Shown in pieces: positions 7,320 to 16,697 of a stretch of DNA of 64,000 bases. The stretch is from NCBI GenBank assembly GCA_038104845.1, contig JAYOBJ010000008.1:7788-71787 (forward strand). Direction: 5' to 3'. Numbering within the stretch: the first letter of the stretch is position 1; the number at the start of each line of letters is the position of its first letter. The position numbers and the translations under genes are program-made. The DNA is from Methanobacteriota archaeon. Its GTDB lineage: Archaea > Thermoplasmatota > Poseidoniia > Poseidoniales > Poseidoniaceae. A model generated the notes under the pieces. It did not search any database, had not been told where the DNA came from, and saw nothing but the letters and a program-made list of their open reading frames with translations.

Positions 7320-9764
7320 ATGCGATGGTGGGCCGTGGTGTGCATGCTCTGGCTCACCACCCTCCACCCGCTCATCACCGTGGAGGGGGTGCCGGTTGTT
7401 GGTGACACCATGGAAGCGGTGGTTGAGACGAACGTCGTCGTCCACCGCTCCGAATCGAACGGTGCCTACGTGACCGTCCACAACACCGCCGAAGAAACGC
7501 AGTCCATCGAATTGGACCTGGCCTCCAACCACACAGGTTTGACGTTCACCGGTTTGCCGACCGAACACGAATTGGCGGCGAACCACCTCAAGCAAATCAC
7601 CTTCACCATCAACGCATCTGCCGATGCACCGTTCACCACCCACGATCTTGTCCTGCGGCTCACAGGTTCGTTGGACCCATCCAGCCCGCTCGAAGTGGTG
7701 ATGCGTGTAAAGGTCGCGCCGTATTCCAACCTCAGTTTCGGTGCAGAAGGCACGTCACAGTTCACGGTGGACGAGTTGGTTCGAACCGCGGTGGCGGTCA
7801 ACATGACCAACGGTGCCGACATCAACGACAACGTGACGTTCTCGTTGTTCAGCACGTCCGAGTGGAACTGGGGCTGGGACATGGATGTCAACGCTCAAGG
7901 GCATGCCTATCTGAACCTCTCCAGTGGGCAAGTGGGCTACATTTACCTCTGGGTGGATGTCCCTGCCGTTGTCGACGGAGCGCCGTTGGTTGGAACAGGG
8001 CCACGATGGACGGTCTCGGCCGTCTCTGGAGTTGATAACGAAGCGCACCTTTGGAATTTTGATCTCTTGATGAACCAAAAACGAAACATGAGCATCGATG
8101 AAGTGGAGGAGGAACTGGTGCTGGCGCCGGGTGAGGACGGTCGTGCGTCGGTAACGGTCCGAAACACCGGCAACACCCTCAGCACGGTGAACCTCACGCT
8201 CCTCGCCGTGGATCAACATGGCCAACCGCTCCCCGGCATGAGTTCAGCCGACCGATTCAACCGGAGCGGTTGGACCGTGGCACTGTTTGGGGGCCTTGAG
8301 CATCTCGTGCTCTCACCCAACGAATCAAGAACGGTTGAAATTGGGATTCAGGCACCGAATGAATTGAGCGGTGCATTCCATGTTCAGTTCATCGGGTTCG
8401 CTTCGGGGGCACCATCGCTCGCACGCACGGCGATGGTGAACGCCACCATCAATCGCGTGGCCAACGCATCCATCGAAACCGATGCAACGGGTTGCACCGC
8501 CCTGAACGACGAAACGATGTGCATCGTCACCGCATCGGTGACCAACACCGGGAATGCATACGACACCCTCACGTTGCGGGTGGCGGATGCCACCGATGGG
8601 TTCAATGCCACCGTGAACGGAACGGACCAGGCTTTTTTCCTCCCCGGGCAAACCAAATCCCTTGGAACCATCTCCATCGAAGCACGCAGCAACCTCTTGG
8701 CCTTCACCGAAGGAACGCTGAGCCTTGAGGTGATCAACGATCAAGGCGATACCGTCGCCCAAACCACCGTCCAACTCCGTGTTGCGCCGTTGATCCGCTG
8801 GAACCTCACCGTGGTGGAGGAACGCGTTGATGCGCGTGGCCAGCTTTCCATCGCACTCGATGTCCGCAACGACGGCAACGCTGAGGACGGTCTGCTCGTC
8901 CAACTGCAAAGCAGCCATCTTATCGACATGGGGCTTATTCCGCCGGCCAACGCCGTGTGGGAGGAAGGCGTTGCAAACCCACGCTCCATCGAACTCGACG
9001 CGGTGCCGTTGGGCTCAACCTTCACCCTGCGGGCGTGGGCGGATTTGCCTCAAGATCAACCCACGAACGGCACGGTTTACCTCAACACCACGTTGAGATC
9101 GCGCTACGCACCTGAAGATGCCTTTGTCCACACCTCCACTGGCGATTACCTCGGGACGCCTTGGCAATCGTCCGAGGAGAGCGATGACGGTTTCAACGTC
9201 GGTGAGGCTCTCGCCCTTTCCGTTGCCTACGTGAAAGCGTGGAGCGGGGTGTTGTTGGCGCTGGTCTTTTCCGTTGGCATCGTGACGGCAGCCGTCCGAG
9301 CGAGGCAGCGTCGCAACGAGGAGCAAGCGACGTTGCCCTACCAGAGGGTCAGTGAATCCGCTGACGATTGGATGGCGAAATTCAATCCAACGCCCGTCGA
9401 AGCAGCTCCACCCGACGAACCGACGCCTGAAGCCCAACCCATCCCAGCCGCAGCCTTTGAACAGTCCTTCCGGCGTCAACACGGCCACACAGCACCCGCC
9501 CAAACACCGGTGGACACCGGGTTGGTTTCAGCGGCTCAACTGGTGCTTGAGAAACGAAGCGATGAGCGGGAATTGCAACGGGCCGATGATTTGCTCAGTT
9601 CGTTGAACAAGGGGGAAACGGCCGCTCCCATGATGGACCTCCCCCCACCCGTGCCTGCACCGACAGCATCCACCACCGAAACACCTCCCGTGCAGCCGTC
9701 AACACCACCAGCCCAACCCACCAACGCGGCTGCTTCATCGGCGGACGACGATCTCGATTTCTGA
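7320..9764 (+). CDS. Type I membrane surface glycoprotein candidate (signal peptide, sequon-rich ectodomain, one TM, Pro/Thr/Ala-rich tail)
   Basis: ORF 7221..9764 trimmed to ATG 7320, giving MRWWAVVCMLWLTTLHPLITVEG. I count 17 N-x-S/T sequons in the ~630-aa ectodomain. The TM is AWSGVLLALVFSVGIVTAAV followed by RARQRRNE, then a ~165-aa tail ending PPVQPSTPPAQPTNAAASSADDDLDF. Confidence 0.75.
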   Translation: MRWWAVVCMLWLTTLHPLITVEGVPVVGDTMEAVVETNVVVHRSESNGAYVTVHNTAEETQSIELDLASNHTGLTFTGLPTEHELAANHLKQITFTINASADAPFTTHDLVLRLTGSLDPSSPLEVVMRVKVAPYSNLSFGAEGTSQFTVDELVRTAVAVNMTNGADINDNVTFSLFSTSEWNWGWDMDVNAQGHAYLNLSSGQVGYIYLWVDVPAVVDGAPLVGTGPRWTVSAVSGVDNEAHLWNFDLLMNQKRNMSIDEVEEELVLAPGEDGRASVTVRNTGNTLSTVNLTLLAVDQHGQPLPGMSSADRFNRSGWTVALFGGLEHLVLSPNESRTVEIGIQAPNELSGAFHVQFIGFASGAPSLARTAMVNATINRVANASIETDATGCTALNDETMCIVTASVTNTGNAYDTLTLRVADATDGFNATVNGTDQAFFLPGQTKSLGTISIEARSNLLAFTEGTLSLEVINDQGDTVAQTTVQLRVAPLIRWNLTVVEERVDARGQLSIALDVRNDGNAEDGLLVQLQSSHLIDMGLIPPANAVWEEGVANPRSIELDAVPLGSTFTLRAWADLPQDQPTNGTVYLNTTLRSRYAPEDAFVHTSTGDYLGTPWQSSEESDDGFNVGEALALSVAYVKAWSGVLLALVFSVGIVTAAVRARQRRNEEQATLPYQRVSESADDWMAKFNPTPVEAAPPDEPTPEAQPIPAAAFEQSFRRQHGHTAPAQTPVDTGLVSAAQLVLEKRSDERELQRADDLLSSLNKGETAAPMMDLPPPVPAPTASTTETPPVQPSTPPAQPTNAAASSADDDLDF

Positions 9765-9774
9765 GGCATCCATC

Positions 9775-10509
9775 ATGCAAGGGGGAGTCGACGAAGCGGG
9801 TCGTGGGCCCGTCTTGGGTCCTTTGGTGGTCGCCGCATGTGCTGTACCCGATGCTGACCTTCCGTTGCTGGTTGAAGCCGGTGTTCGCGATTCAAAATTG
9901 CTGAGTGCAACGAAACGTACGGCACTCGCCGCATGGTTCACGGAGCAAAAGGAAGCACGGGGGTGGCGGTCGTGCACGGTGGTCATCGATGCAGAAGCGG
10001 TTGACCTTGCCCTTGCGGATGACGGGTTGAATTGGCTGGAGGTGCGGGGGTTCGCCCGTGCCATCAACGGCTTGGGCCTGTCCCGTGACGTTCACCTGGT
10101 GGCCGATGCATGCGATGTGAACGCTGAGCGATTCACGCACCGCATCACGGACCGGCTCAACGGCTGGCCTTGGCCGAACGCCGTCATGGAAAGCGAGCAC
10201 AAAGCGGACAGCAACCACCCGGTGGTGGCCATGGCCAGCATCCTCGCCAAGCACCGACGGGACCAAGCCATGGCAGCCATGGCCGAACGCGTCGGGTATC
10301 CCATCGGTTCCGGGTACCCCAGCGACCCCGCCACGGTGGCCGCCTTGGAGCGCTTGATTGGCCCCGAACACCTCGACCCGGACGTGCGGTGGTCGTGGGC
10401 CACCGTTGAACGGTTTTGGAGGCAGCGTTACCCTGGCGAACCTCCGGTCCGAGGTCAACCGCATCGCATCCAACGCACCTTGTTCCAGACCGACGAGCCA
10501 CGCCCTTGA
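9775..10509 (+). CDS. rnhB: Ribonuclease HII
   Basis: The product starts MQGGVDEAGRGPVLGPLVVAA, containing the DEAGRG catalytic motif. Length is 244 aa. Its stop overlaps the gltX ATG (TGATG at 10507-10511). Confidence 0.9.
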   Translation: MQGGVDEAGRGPVLGPLVVAACAVPDADLPLLVEAGVRDSKLLSATKRTALAAWFTEQKEARGWRSCTVVIDAEAVDLALADDGLNWLEVRGFARAINGLGLSRDVHLVADACDVNAERFTHRITDRLNGWPWPNAVMESEHKADSNHPVVAMASILAKHRRDQAMAAMAERVGYPIGSGYPSDPATVAALERLIGPEHLDPDVRWSWATVERFWRQRYPGEPPVRGQPHRIQRTLFQTDEPRP

Positions 10510-12275
10510 TGAGGGATGGGCCAAACGCTCGGTTCATGACCGAAGGCTGGCAGGCGGACGAAGCAACCGTTCGGTTCATCCATCACCTCTCGCTTCAGAA
10601 CGCCCTGCAGTACGAGGGCAAGGCAGCCGTTGGGTCGGTGATCAGCCGCATCATGGGTTCACGCGCCGACCTCCGTCAGCACGGTCAAGCCGTAGCGGGT
10701 TTGGTGGCCCAGCACGTCGCTCAAGCAAATGCAATGGCGAAGGAGGAAGGATTGGAAGCCATTCGCGACCTCCTGGCTTCCGAAGCCCCCGACCTGCTGG
10801 CGACGAAAGCCAAACAAACCAAGCGAGAGGGACTTCCTCCGTTGGAAGGTGCTGAGGACGGTAACGTGGTGCTCCGTTTTGCACCCAACCCCAACGGACC
10901 GCTTTCCTTCGGACACGCTCGGGGCTTGGTCATCAACGCTGCGTACCGAGCCATGTACAACGGGACACTGATCCTGCGCTTTGATGACACCGACACCAAA
11001 GTCAAACCACCGATGCTGGAAGCGTACGAACAAATCGAGAAGGAGGCAACGTGGTTGATGGGACGAGCACCTGAACGCATCGTCATCGCCTCCGACCGGA
11101 TGGACGTGTACCACCAACACGCTGTTCGACTCCTCACCGAAGGCCACGGTTATGTCTGCACCTGTCCAGCAGAGGTGTTCAAAACGCACCGAGTGGGGCA
11201 AACGAACTGTCCTTGTCGGGACAACAGCATCGATGCCAACCTCGAGGGTTGGCGCCTCATGAACGACGGCACCCATCAACCCGGTGACGCAGTGGTCCGT
11301 GTCCGCACCGACATGACGCTGAAAAACCCCGCTCTTCGCGACTGGCCCGCCCTCCGCATACAGGACACGACCGCACACCCACACCCACGTCCCGAGGTGG
11401 GCTCCAAACACCGTGTGTGGCCGTTGTTGGATTTTCAGAGCGCAGTGGAGGACCATCTCCAAGGCGTGACCCACATCATTCGGGGGAAGGACTTGATGGA
11501 TTCCACCCGAAAGCAAACCCTCCTGTACGAGCATTTTGGCTGGACTTACCCCGAAACGCTGTACTGGGGTCGCGTGAAAGTCCACGAATGGGGCGGTTTC
11601 TCCACATCGGCCATGCGCAACGACATCGAGGCGGGGCGCTACAGCGGTTGGGACGACCCACGGTTGCCGACCTTGGCCGGCCTCTCCGCTCGTGGCATCT
11701 CAGCGGAGGCCTTGCGAGGGTTCTGGACGGAACTGGGCATCACCCAGAAGGACATCGCTGTTCCCCTGTCCACCCTCTACGCACACAACACCAAGGCGAT
11801 TGACGATGGAGCGCCAAGGCTCACGCTTGTGCGTCAACCCGTTCGCTTGGACCTCTCCGGACACAACGCACAGCAGGTCGTCCAGGTGCCGGTCCACCCC
11901 AACCACGAGGGCATGGGGCATCGGTCGTGGAGTTTAGCGAACAACGGCGTGTTGCTGGAACCCGATGATGTTGCCAAGGGGTCGGTTCGACTGAAGGAGT
12001 TTGCCGACGTGGTGGTGAGCGACGGCGTGGCCTTAGTGCAGGGGCTTGAACGCTCCGACCGAAGACCCATCGTTCACTGGCTGCCCGAAAGCCAGGTGAC
12101 GCTCGCTACCTTGATTGAAACATCGGAAGGCCAGGTGCTGACAACGGATGGCGCCGTCGAAATTCACGACCACCCGGTGGGAACGATCGTTCAACTCGAG
12201 CGAATCGGCTACGCCATTGTCATGGCCAACGGGTCGTTCATGCTCTGTCATGAAACGACGGCAGACGCCGCTTGA
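10509..12275 (+). CDS. gltX: Glutamyl-tRNA synthetase, archaeal type
   Basis: ORF 10416..12275 trimmed to ATG 10509 (alternative ATG at 10536). It has the class I HIGH-region variant RFAPNPNGPLSFGHARG. The catalytic and anticodon-binding layout and the ~588-aa length fit archaeal GluRS. Confidence 0.9.
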   Translation: MRDGPNARFMTEGWQADEATVRFIHHLSLQNALQYEGKAAVGSVISRIMGSRADLRQHGQAVAGLVAQHVAQANAMAKEEGLEAIRDLLASEAPDLLATKAKQTKREGLPPLEGAEDGNVVLRFAPNPNGPLSFGHARGLVINAAYRAMYNGTLILRFDDTDTKVKPPMLEAYEQIEKEATWLMGRAPERIVIASDRMDVYHQHAVRLLTEGHGYVCTCPAEVFKTHRVGQTNCPCRDNSIDANLEGWRLMNDGTHQPGDAVVRVRTDMTLKNPALRDWPALRIQDTTAHPHPRPEVGSKHRVWPLLDFQSAVEDHLQGVTHIIRGKDLMDSTRKQTLLYEHFGWTYPETLYWGRVKVHEWGGFSTSAMRNDIEAGRYSGWDDPRLPTLAGLSARGISAEALRGFWTELGITQKDIAVPLSTLYAHNTKAIDDGAPRLTLVRQPVRLDLSGHNAQQVVQVPVHPNHEGMGHRSWSLANNGVLLEPDDVAKGSVRLKEFADVVVSDGVALVQGLERSDRRPIVHWLPESQVTLATLIETSEGQVLTTDGAVEIHDHPVGTIVQLERIGYAIVMANGSFMLCHETTADAA

Positions 12276-12303
12276 GGAAGAATCATAGACAACAGGACCA
12301 TGT

Positions 12304-12720
12304 ATGCCCATGGGCAAACAGGTCAAGGAATTGAAGTTGGACGATGAACACCTCACCATCGGCATGGAGGATTCCCTTCAGGAAGCCGCTCGTCGCCTCC
12401 TGACCATCAGCGGTGGGATTTTGATTGTGCTCGACGATGACGAGAAGGTGAAGGGTGTGCTCGGCCAACGGCAACTTGTTCAGGCCTTGGCCGATGGTGT
12501 GGAGGCCAGCGTTGCAACCTGCCATGCGCACATGGAGATGGATTTCCTGCAGGTGAAACTTGAGGACGCTTTGAGCGATGTGTTGGCCGATGTTCGCAAG
12601 CGAAGCCCACAAGCAGTGGTTGCCGTGGATCATGAGGGGGTCTTTTCGGGCTATTTCTCACCCGGCGACTACCAAGAAGCCCTGGCGATGGTGAAGAACC
12701 TCAAGGGTCTGAACCTTTAG
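12304..12720 (+). CDS. CBS-domain pair protein
   Basis: 138 aa with two CBS-like halves (LTIGMEDSLQEAARRLLTISGGILIVLDDDEKVKGVLGQRQLV and VKLEDALSDVLADVRKRSPQAVVAVDHEGVFSGYFSPGD). Confidence 0.75.
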   Translation: MPMGKQVKELKLDDEHLTIGMEDSLQEAARRLLTISGGILIVLDDDEKVKGVLGQRQLVQALADGVEASVATCHAHMEMDFLQVKLEDALSDVLADVRKRSPQAVVAVDHEGVFSGYFSPGDYQEALAMVKNLKGLNL

Positions 12721-12737
12721 GTCGCGCATCGCAGGCA

Positions 12738-14756
12738 TCAGCCTTCGATCTTGATCACACGAGCGCATCCACCGCATGTCAGTCGGAACGGCCGCTCGTC
12801 GCTGTCCACGACGTTGGATGTGCTGCATTTCGGACATGCCACCGTCGGCCACACACGGGCAGAGGACGCCACCCTTGGACTCCCGATGGCCGTGATCCAC
12901 CACACGAGTGCCACCGCCACCACGCTGCCTCCAATGAACTCAGGTGGGAAGCCGAACACAAACACCGCACCGACCATCGGCATGAGGACCAGTTCGAGGT
13001 ACAGGTAGGTGCGCCGGCGGTTTCGCGAGAGTCGCAATCCGACGAGCATGGCCGCTGCACAGCCAAGCATGGTCAGCAAGGCCAGAGGCAAGGGCGCGAA
13101 GGTGATCGCTGACGTCGCAATGGTGGTGAAGGTGAATTTCTCGTCCTGGGACAGCCCTTCACCGCGCAGGGTGACCACATCCCCCCAGGGCGTTCGAGCA
13201 ACGGAAAGGGTGAGATCGTCGTTGTCCACATCGCTGAGGGTAAGCCCGGTGAGCATGGAGGATGCGTATTCGACGTCAAGGTTGACCGTGGACCAGATGG
13301 GGGCGGGTTGAACCACGATGAAGTTGGAAAGCGCTGTCATTTTGTCACCGTCGCCAATGCGCTGAGTCGTGAAGAACACAACGGTCACCGGGTGGTTCAC
13401 GACGTTGCTCTCACCCATCAAATCCAATTTGATTTGGAGCTGGTCGAAATCCCGGAACTCGCCCAGCAGCTCATCGCTGTCCAAGCCGAGACCGTTGGTG
13501 AGGAACAATTGACCCAAGTTGACCATTTGGCGCTCAAATTCAGCAACTTCGACGCTTTCCAGACTTCGGCTGATCCGGTCATCGTCCGAAACTGCACCGG
13601 CGCTGAAGGCATCGAGCGTGGGCGACAAGGACGTGACATCGTCGCCCAAGTGGTCCAAACCCCATCGGAACCAAAACGCCACTTCATCGCTCATCGTGAT
13701 GGACGTGGTCGTCTTGAGCATCAGATCGTCGTTCGTTCCGGTTTCGACCTCAGCCCGCACCGACACACTGAGGCGACTTCCGCTACCGTCCGTTCGCAGC
13801 GGTTCGTCGGGAGGGTAATACGTCCCGGTGCCACCACCGGTGTCGAAGGTCTCAATCTCAAACGTCGCCGAACCCGTCAAGGCCAATTGTCCGGGTTGAA
13901 AGACCAACTCAACCTGCACATTGATGCTTTCAACACCACCTGCAGCGCCGTCCCAGGTCCACGTGACCCGAACGGTGTCGTCGGAGGCGGTTTCGATGGG
14001 ATCCCCCGTGACCTCACGACCGTTCACAAGAAGGGTGATGGAATCCGAAAGCGACAGGGTTGACAAACCCCAAGGCGAATCCAATCGGACCGCCAGGTAA
14101 ACGTCGTCCCCTTCCACCTCCGGTTCAATCATCCAAATGTCAAGCAGTGGGATGGTCGCCGTCAACGCCGAATCCTCATCTTCGGTTCCCCAGAGCAACT
14201 CGAAGGAGGCGTCGGAGCCGGGCACCTGGAAGGCGATGGCTTGCGCCGTCAGCGTGAGTTCGATGTTCGAATTACCGCTCGAAGTGAAGGCCTCCACATC
14301 GATGTCAAACGTCAACGTACCAACGCCTTGAGCCAAGAACGAACCGGCCGGCTCAGTGCTGGCGGAGAAGGACTTCGAGCCGATGTCCACGGTAGCGGTG
14401 GCGTTGATCTGCACCCCCGCAGCGTTGGAAATCTCGTAGTTGATGGCGAACTGCCACGTTCCTCCTGGAACGTCACCTGCCCAAAGGTCGGGCATCAGCC
14501 AGGTGCCAAGCGTTTCCTGACCCGTTACGGAGGATTCCACCACGGCGCGTTGAACATCCTCGCCCAATTCCGCGGAAAACGGTGTCAGCGAGGCGCTGCT
14601 GTCGCTGCCCACCAAGTAAAGGTCCACCTCCCCCGGGGAACAGCAGACCAGGGATTCCTCGGTGGTTTGAGCCCGAGCCTCACCGACGAGGAGGGGCGAC
14701 CAAAGGGTGACCGCCATCATCACAGCGACTGCAAGGCCTCGTAGCATGTTGTTCAT
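12738..14756 (-). CDS. Membrane protein: signal peptide, ~540-aa ectodomain, three TM helices and a C-terminal cytoplasmic zinc ribbon
   Basis: ATG at complement of 14754-14756, giving MNNMLRGLAVAVMMAVTLWSPLLVGEARAQ. The three hydrophobic helices are LPLALLTMLGCAAAMLVGL, LYLELVLMPMVGAVFVFGF and GGSVVAVALVWWITAIG. The terminal zinc ribbon is CPKCSTSNVVDSDERPFRLTCGGC (CxxC-x17-CxxC). Confidence 0.75.
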   Translation of the reverse strand: MNNMLRGLAVAVMMAVTLWSPLLVGEARAQTTEESLVCCSPGEVDLYLVGSDSSASLTPFSAELGEDVQRAVVESSVTGQETLGTWLMPDLWAGDVPGGTWQFAINYEISNAAGVQINATATVDIGSKSFSASTEPAGSFLAQGVGTLTFDIDVEAFTSSGNSNIELTLTAQAIAFQVPGSDASFELLWGTEDEDSALTATIPLLDIWMIEPEVEGDDVYLAVRLDSPWGLSTLSLSDSITLLVNGREVTGDPIETASDDTVRVTWTWDGAAGGVESINVQVELVFQPGQLALTGSATFEIETFDTGGGTGTYYPPDEPLRTDGSGSRLSVSVRAEVETGTNDDLMLKTTTSITMSDEVAFWFRWGLDHLGDDVTSLSPTLDAFSAGAVSDDDRISRSLESVEVAEFERQMVNLGQLFLTNGLGLDSDELLGEFRDFDQLQIKLDLMGESNVVNHPVTVVFFTTQRIGDGDKMTALSNFIVVQPAPIWSTVNLDVEYASSMLTGLTLSDVDNDDLTLSVARTPWGDVVTLRGEGLSQDEKFTFTTIATSAITFAPLPLALLTMLGCAAAMLVGLRLSRNRRRTYLYLELVLMPMVGAVFVFGFPPEFIGGSVVAVALVWWITAIGSPRVASSARVWPTVACPKCSTSNVVDSDERPFRLTCGGCARVIKIEG

Positions 14757-14811
14757 GCCTCGCAGATGGATTCAGCACATAACTTCCACGGATTCGTGGC
14801 CGTTGTTGACC

Positions 14812-15162
14812 TCAAAGCGCCTTTTCGAGGAGGTCGCCAAGTTCCTTTTCAAACAAGGTCACGAGCGCATTGCCGACCTCGCCTTGAATGTCATCGGGGA
14901 GCATGCGAAGCCCGAGTCGGGTCGCTGCACGTGTGGCTTTCAACTCGGCGTAAATGGAACGTGCTTTGGAATGAAAGTAGTAGGCAACGGCTTCTTTGAT
15001 CTCAGCCTTGAGTTCTGGATCGCTGTCCACCTTGGCACGAACGTGGGCTTTGAGTTCATCCTTCACCAATTCTCGGAACGCCTCAATGACCAAATCTTCC
15101 GTGGACAACAACCCTTGGAGTTGCGATTGGATGCTTCCGGTCAACAATCGCTCAATCGCCAT
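14812..15162 (-). CDS. Hypothetical small all-helical cytoplasmic protein
   Basis: ORF 14812..15207 trimmed to ATG (complement of 15160-15162), giving MAIERLLTGSIQSQL... The composition is charged and helical. It lies 25 nt downstream of the preceding gene on the same strand as rps15. Confidence 0.5.
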   Translation of the reverse strand: MAIERLLTGSIQSQLQGLLSTEDLVIEAFRELVKDELKAHVRAKVDSDPELKAEIKEAVAYYFHSKARSIYAELKATRAATRLGLRMLPDDIQGEVGNALVTLFEKELGDLLEKAL

Positions 15163-15187
15163 GAAAACCCCACGCCACCAAGGGATT

Positions 15188-16108
15188 TCAATCCGTCGTT
15201 GATCCAAGCCACAGGGAACCCGTCCCCAACCAGTCGTCCAGCACCTTGCTGCAGTGCGACTTCACGTCCACCGCCTCGGTTGGCCAAGCCTCCATGTGGT
15301 GATGGATTTGGCTGACCAGGTCAACAGGGTCCTCACCCACCACCATCCGGAACCAAACCAGGGATTCCAACCGAGGGGTGGACAGTGTGCGGACCGTCAA
15401 CGCAGGGAGGACCAATTCGCTCAACGCCTGGCGACGACCCTCCACGGCCATGGTTGGCCATGCCTTGGACAACTTCGCCACACGACGCTGTGAGACGTTG
15501 GGGATGAGGCCCGCCTTGGGTTGCTTCACTTCGGGAAGCGGCACCAATCGCAACGACCCCTCATCGTGAAGTTGGTGCATCAAGACGTTGTGAAACACGT
15601 CCATGGACGTGTCCAAGGCGCTCCCCATCCACATGCCCAATGAGGCCATGGGCCGAACGGACCGAACACGGCGTCCGTTGGGTGCCAACAAGGCCGCAAT
15701 CGCAGCAGCCTGCGCAACCACGTCAAGAGAGCCTTGGTGGGTTTTGTTGCTTGAACCGGTCACCATGCTGGTCGACAGCGGTGTCATGCGCAACCATGGA
15801 AGGGCTTCGAGGTCGGACAAGGACCATGTGGGTTCCTCTGTCATAAGGCCCACCGTGCATCCTTGTTTGGCGATCGGCACTGAGGGAGGTTCGTCGCGAG
15901 GTCGGTGAGCTTTGGGGGCAAAAAAACGACGGCTGTACGCCAAGCCAGCGTCCAGACAGGCCGCTTCCAATTGCGCCATGGCAAGCACACCTGTCAAGGT
16001 AGCAGGTGCATGAAGGTGCACCAACGGCGTTTGGCTGATGGTGTCCGTGAGTTCACGCATACGCGAGGCGATGCCGGAAAACAGTGGGAGGGACAGCAGG
16101 TCGCGCAT
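15188..16108 (-). CDS. Hypothetical protein downstream of rps15; possibly a degenerate DHH/RecJ-Cdc45-like domain (weak)
   Basis: ORF 15188..16141 starts with TTG at 16141; the first ATG is at 16108 (MRDLLSLPLFSG...). The segment VHLHAPATLTGVLAMAQLEAAC sits where RecJ-like proteins carry H-x-D-x-D-G-hydrophobic. No DHH triad is visible. The call rests mostly on gene context. Confidence 0.5.
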   Translation of the reverse strand: MRDLLSLPLFSGIASRMRELTDTISQTPLVHLHAPATLTGVLAMAQLEAACLDAGLAYSRRFFAPKAHRPRDEPPSVPIAKQGCTVGLMTEEPTWSLSDLEALPWLRMTPLSTSMVTGSSNKTHQGSLDVVAQAAAIAALLAPNGRRVRSVRPMASLGMWMGSALDTSMDVFHNVLMHQLHDEGSLRLVPLPEVKQPKAGLIPNVSQRRVAKLSKAWPTMAVEGRRQALSELVLPALTVRTLSTPRLESLVWFRMVVGEDPVDLVSQIHHHMEAWPTEAVDVKSHCSKVLDDWLGTGSLWLGSTTD

Positions 16109-16163
16109 GCTCAGCACACCGAGCAGGGAGCGACACCTCAAGAAGGTGAGCGTTTGGTGGAAA

Positions 16164-16622
16164 TCACTCCACCATCAGGCGGAGCTCGTCACGCTTGTAC
16201 CGCCAGTCGGCGGGCAAGCGACCTTCGCCCTTGTAGTAGTTGGCCAACTTTCGAATCTTGGCTTCCGTGATCTCAAGGGCTCGCTTGTTGTGAATGTCCT
16301 TGTGGTTGCCCGAACCAAGGTGGTTGATGATGCCCACAGCTTGTCGCATGAGGTTCATCATGTCCTCGGGGTAGGTGCCGAGCATGTCGTGGTCGGCGAG
16401 CACCTGCGAAATGCGCTTCCCGAGGACGAGGCGGGCGTTGGGGACGGCGTGTTTGTCGCGGAGGACCGTGCCGATTTCAGCGCTGGAATGACCGGCTTTG
16501 GCCAGGTCAAGAACGATGGACGTCACGGCATCCTTGTTGGTGTTGGACCATTCGGGTGCCGCCGAAACGTGGGGGCGAGAGGAGCCGCTTTTTCCCTTGC
16601 GAGATTTGTACATACGCGCCAT
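16164..16622 (-). CDS. rps15: 30S ribosomal protein uS15 (S15P/S13e)
   Basis: MARMYKSRKGKSGSSRPH...HSSAEIGTVLRDKHAVPN...AKIRKLANYYKGEGRLPADWRY. Length is 152 aa, with the archaeal/eukaryal N-terminal extension plus the S15 fold. Confidence 0.95.
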   Translation of the reverse strand: MARMYKSRKGKSGSSRPHVSAAPEWSNTNKDAVTSIVLDLAKAGHSSAEIGTVLRDKHAVPNARLVLGKRISQVLADHDMLGTYPEDMMNLMRQAVGIINHLGSGNHKDIHNKRALEITEAKIRKLANYYKGEGRLPADWRYKRDELRLMVE

Positions 16623-16697
16623 AAAGACATCACCGGGCGGCCTTCCGACTTATCTCCCCTTCTTAACCACTCCGCACCGGCACGAGGGGCCCTACGT

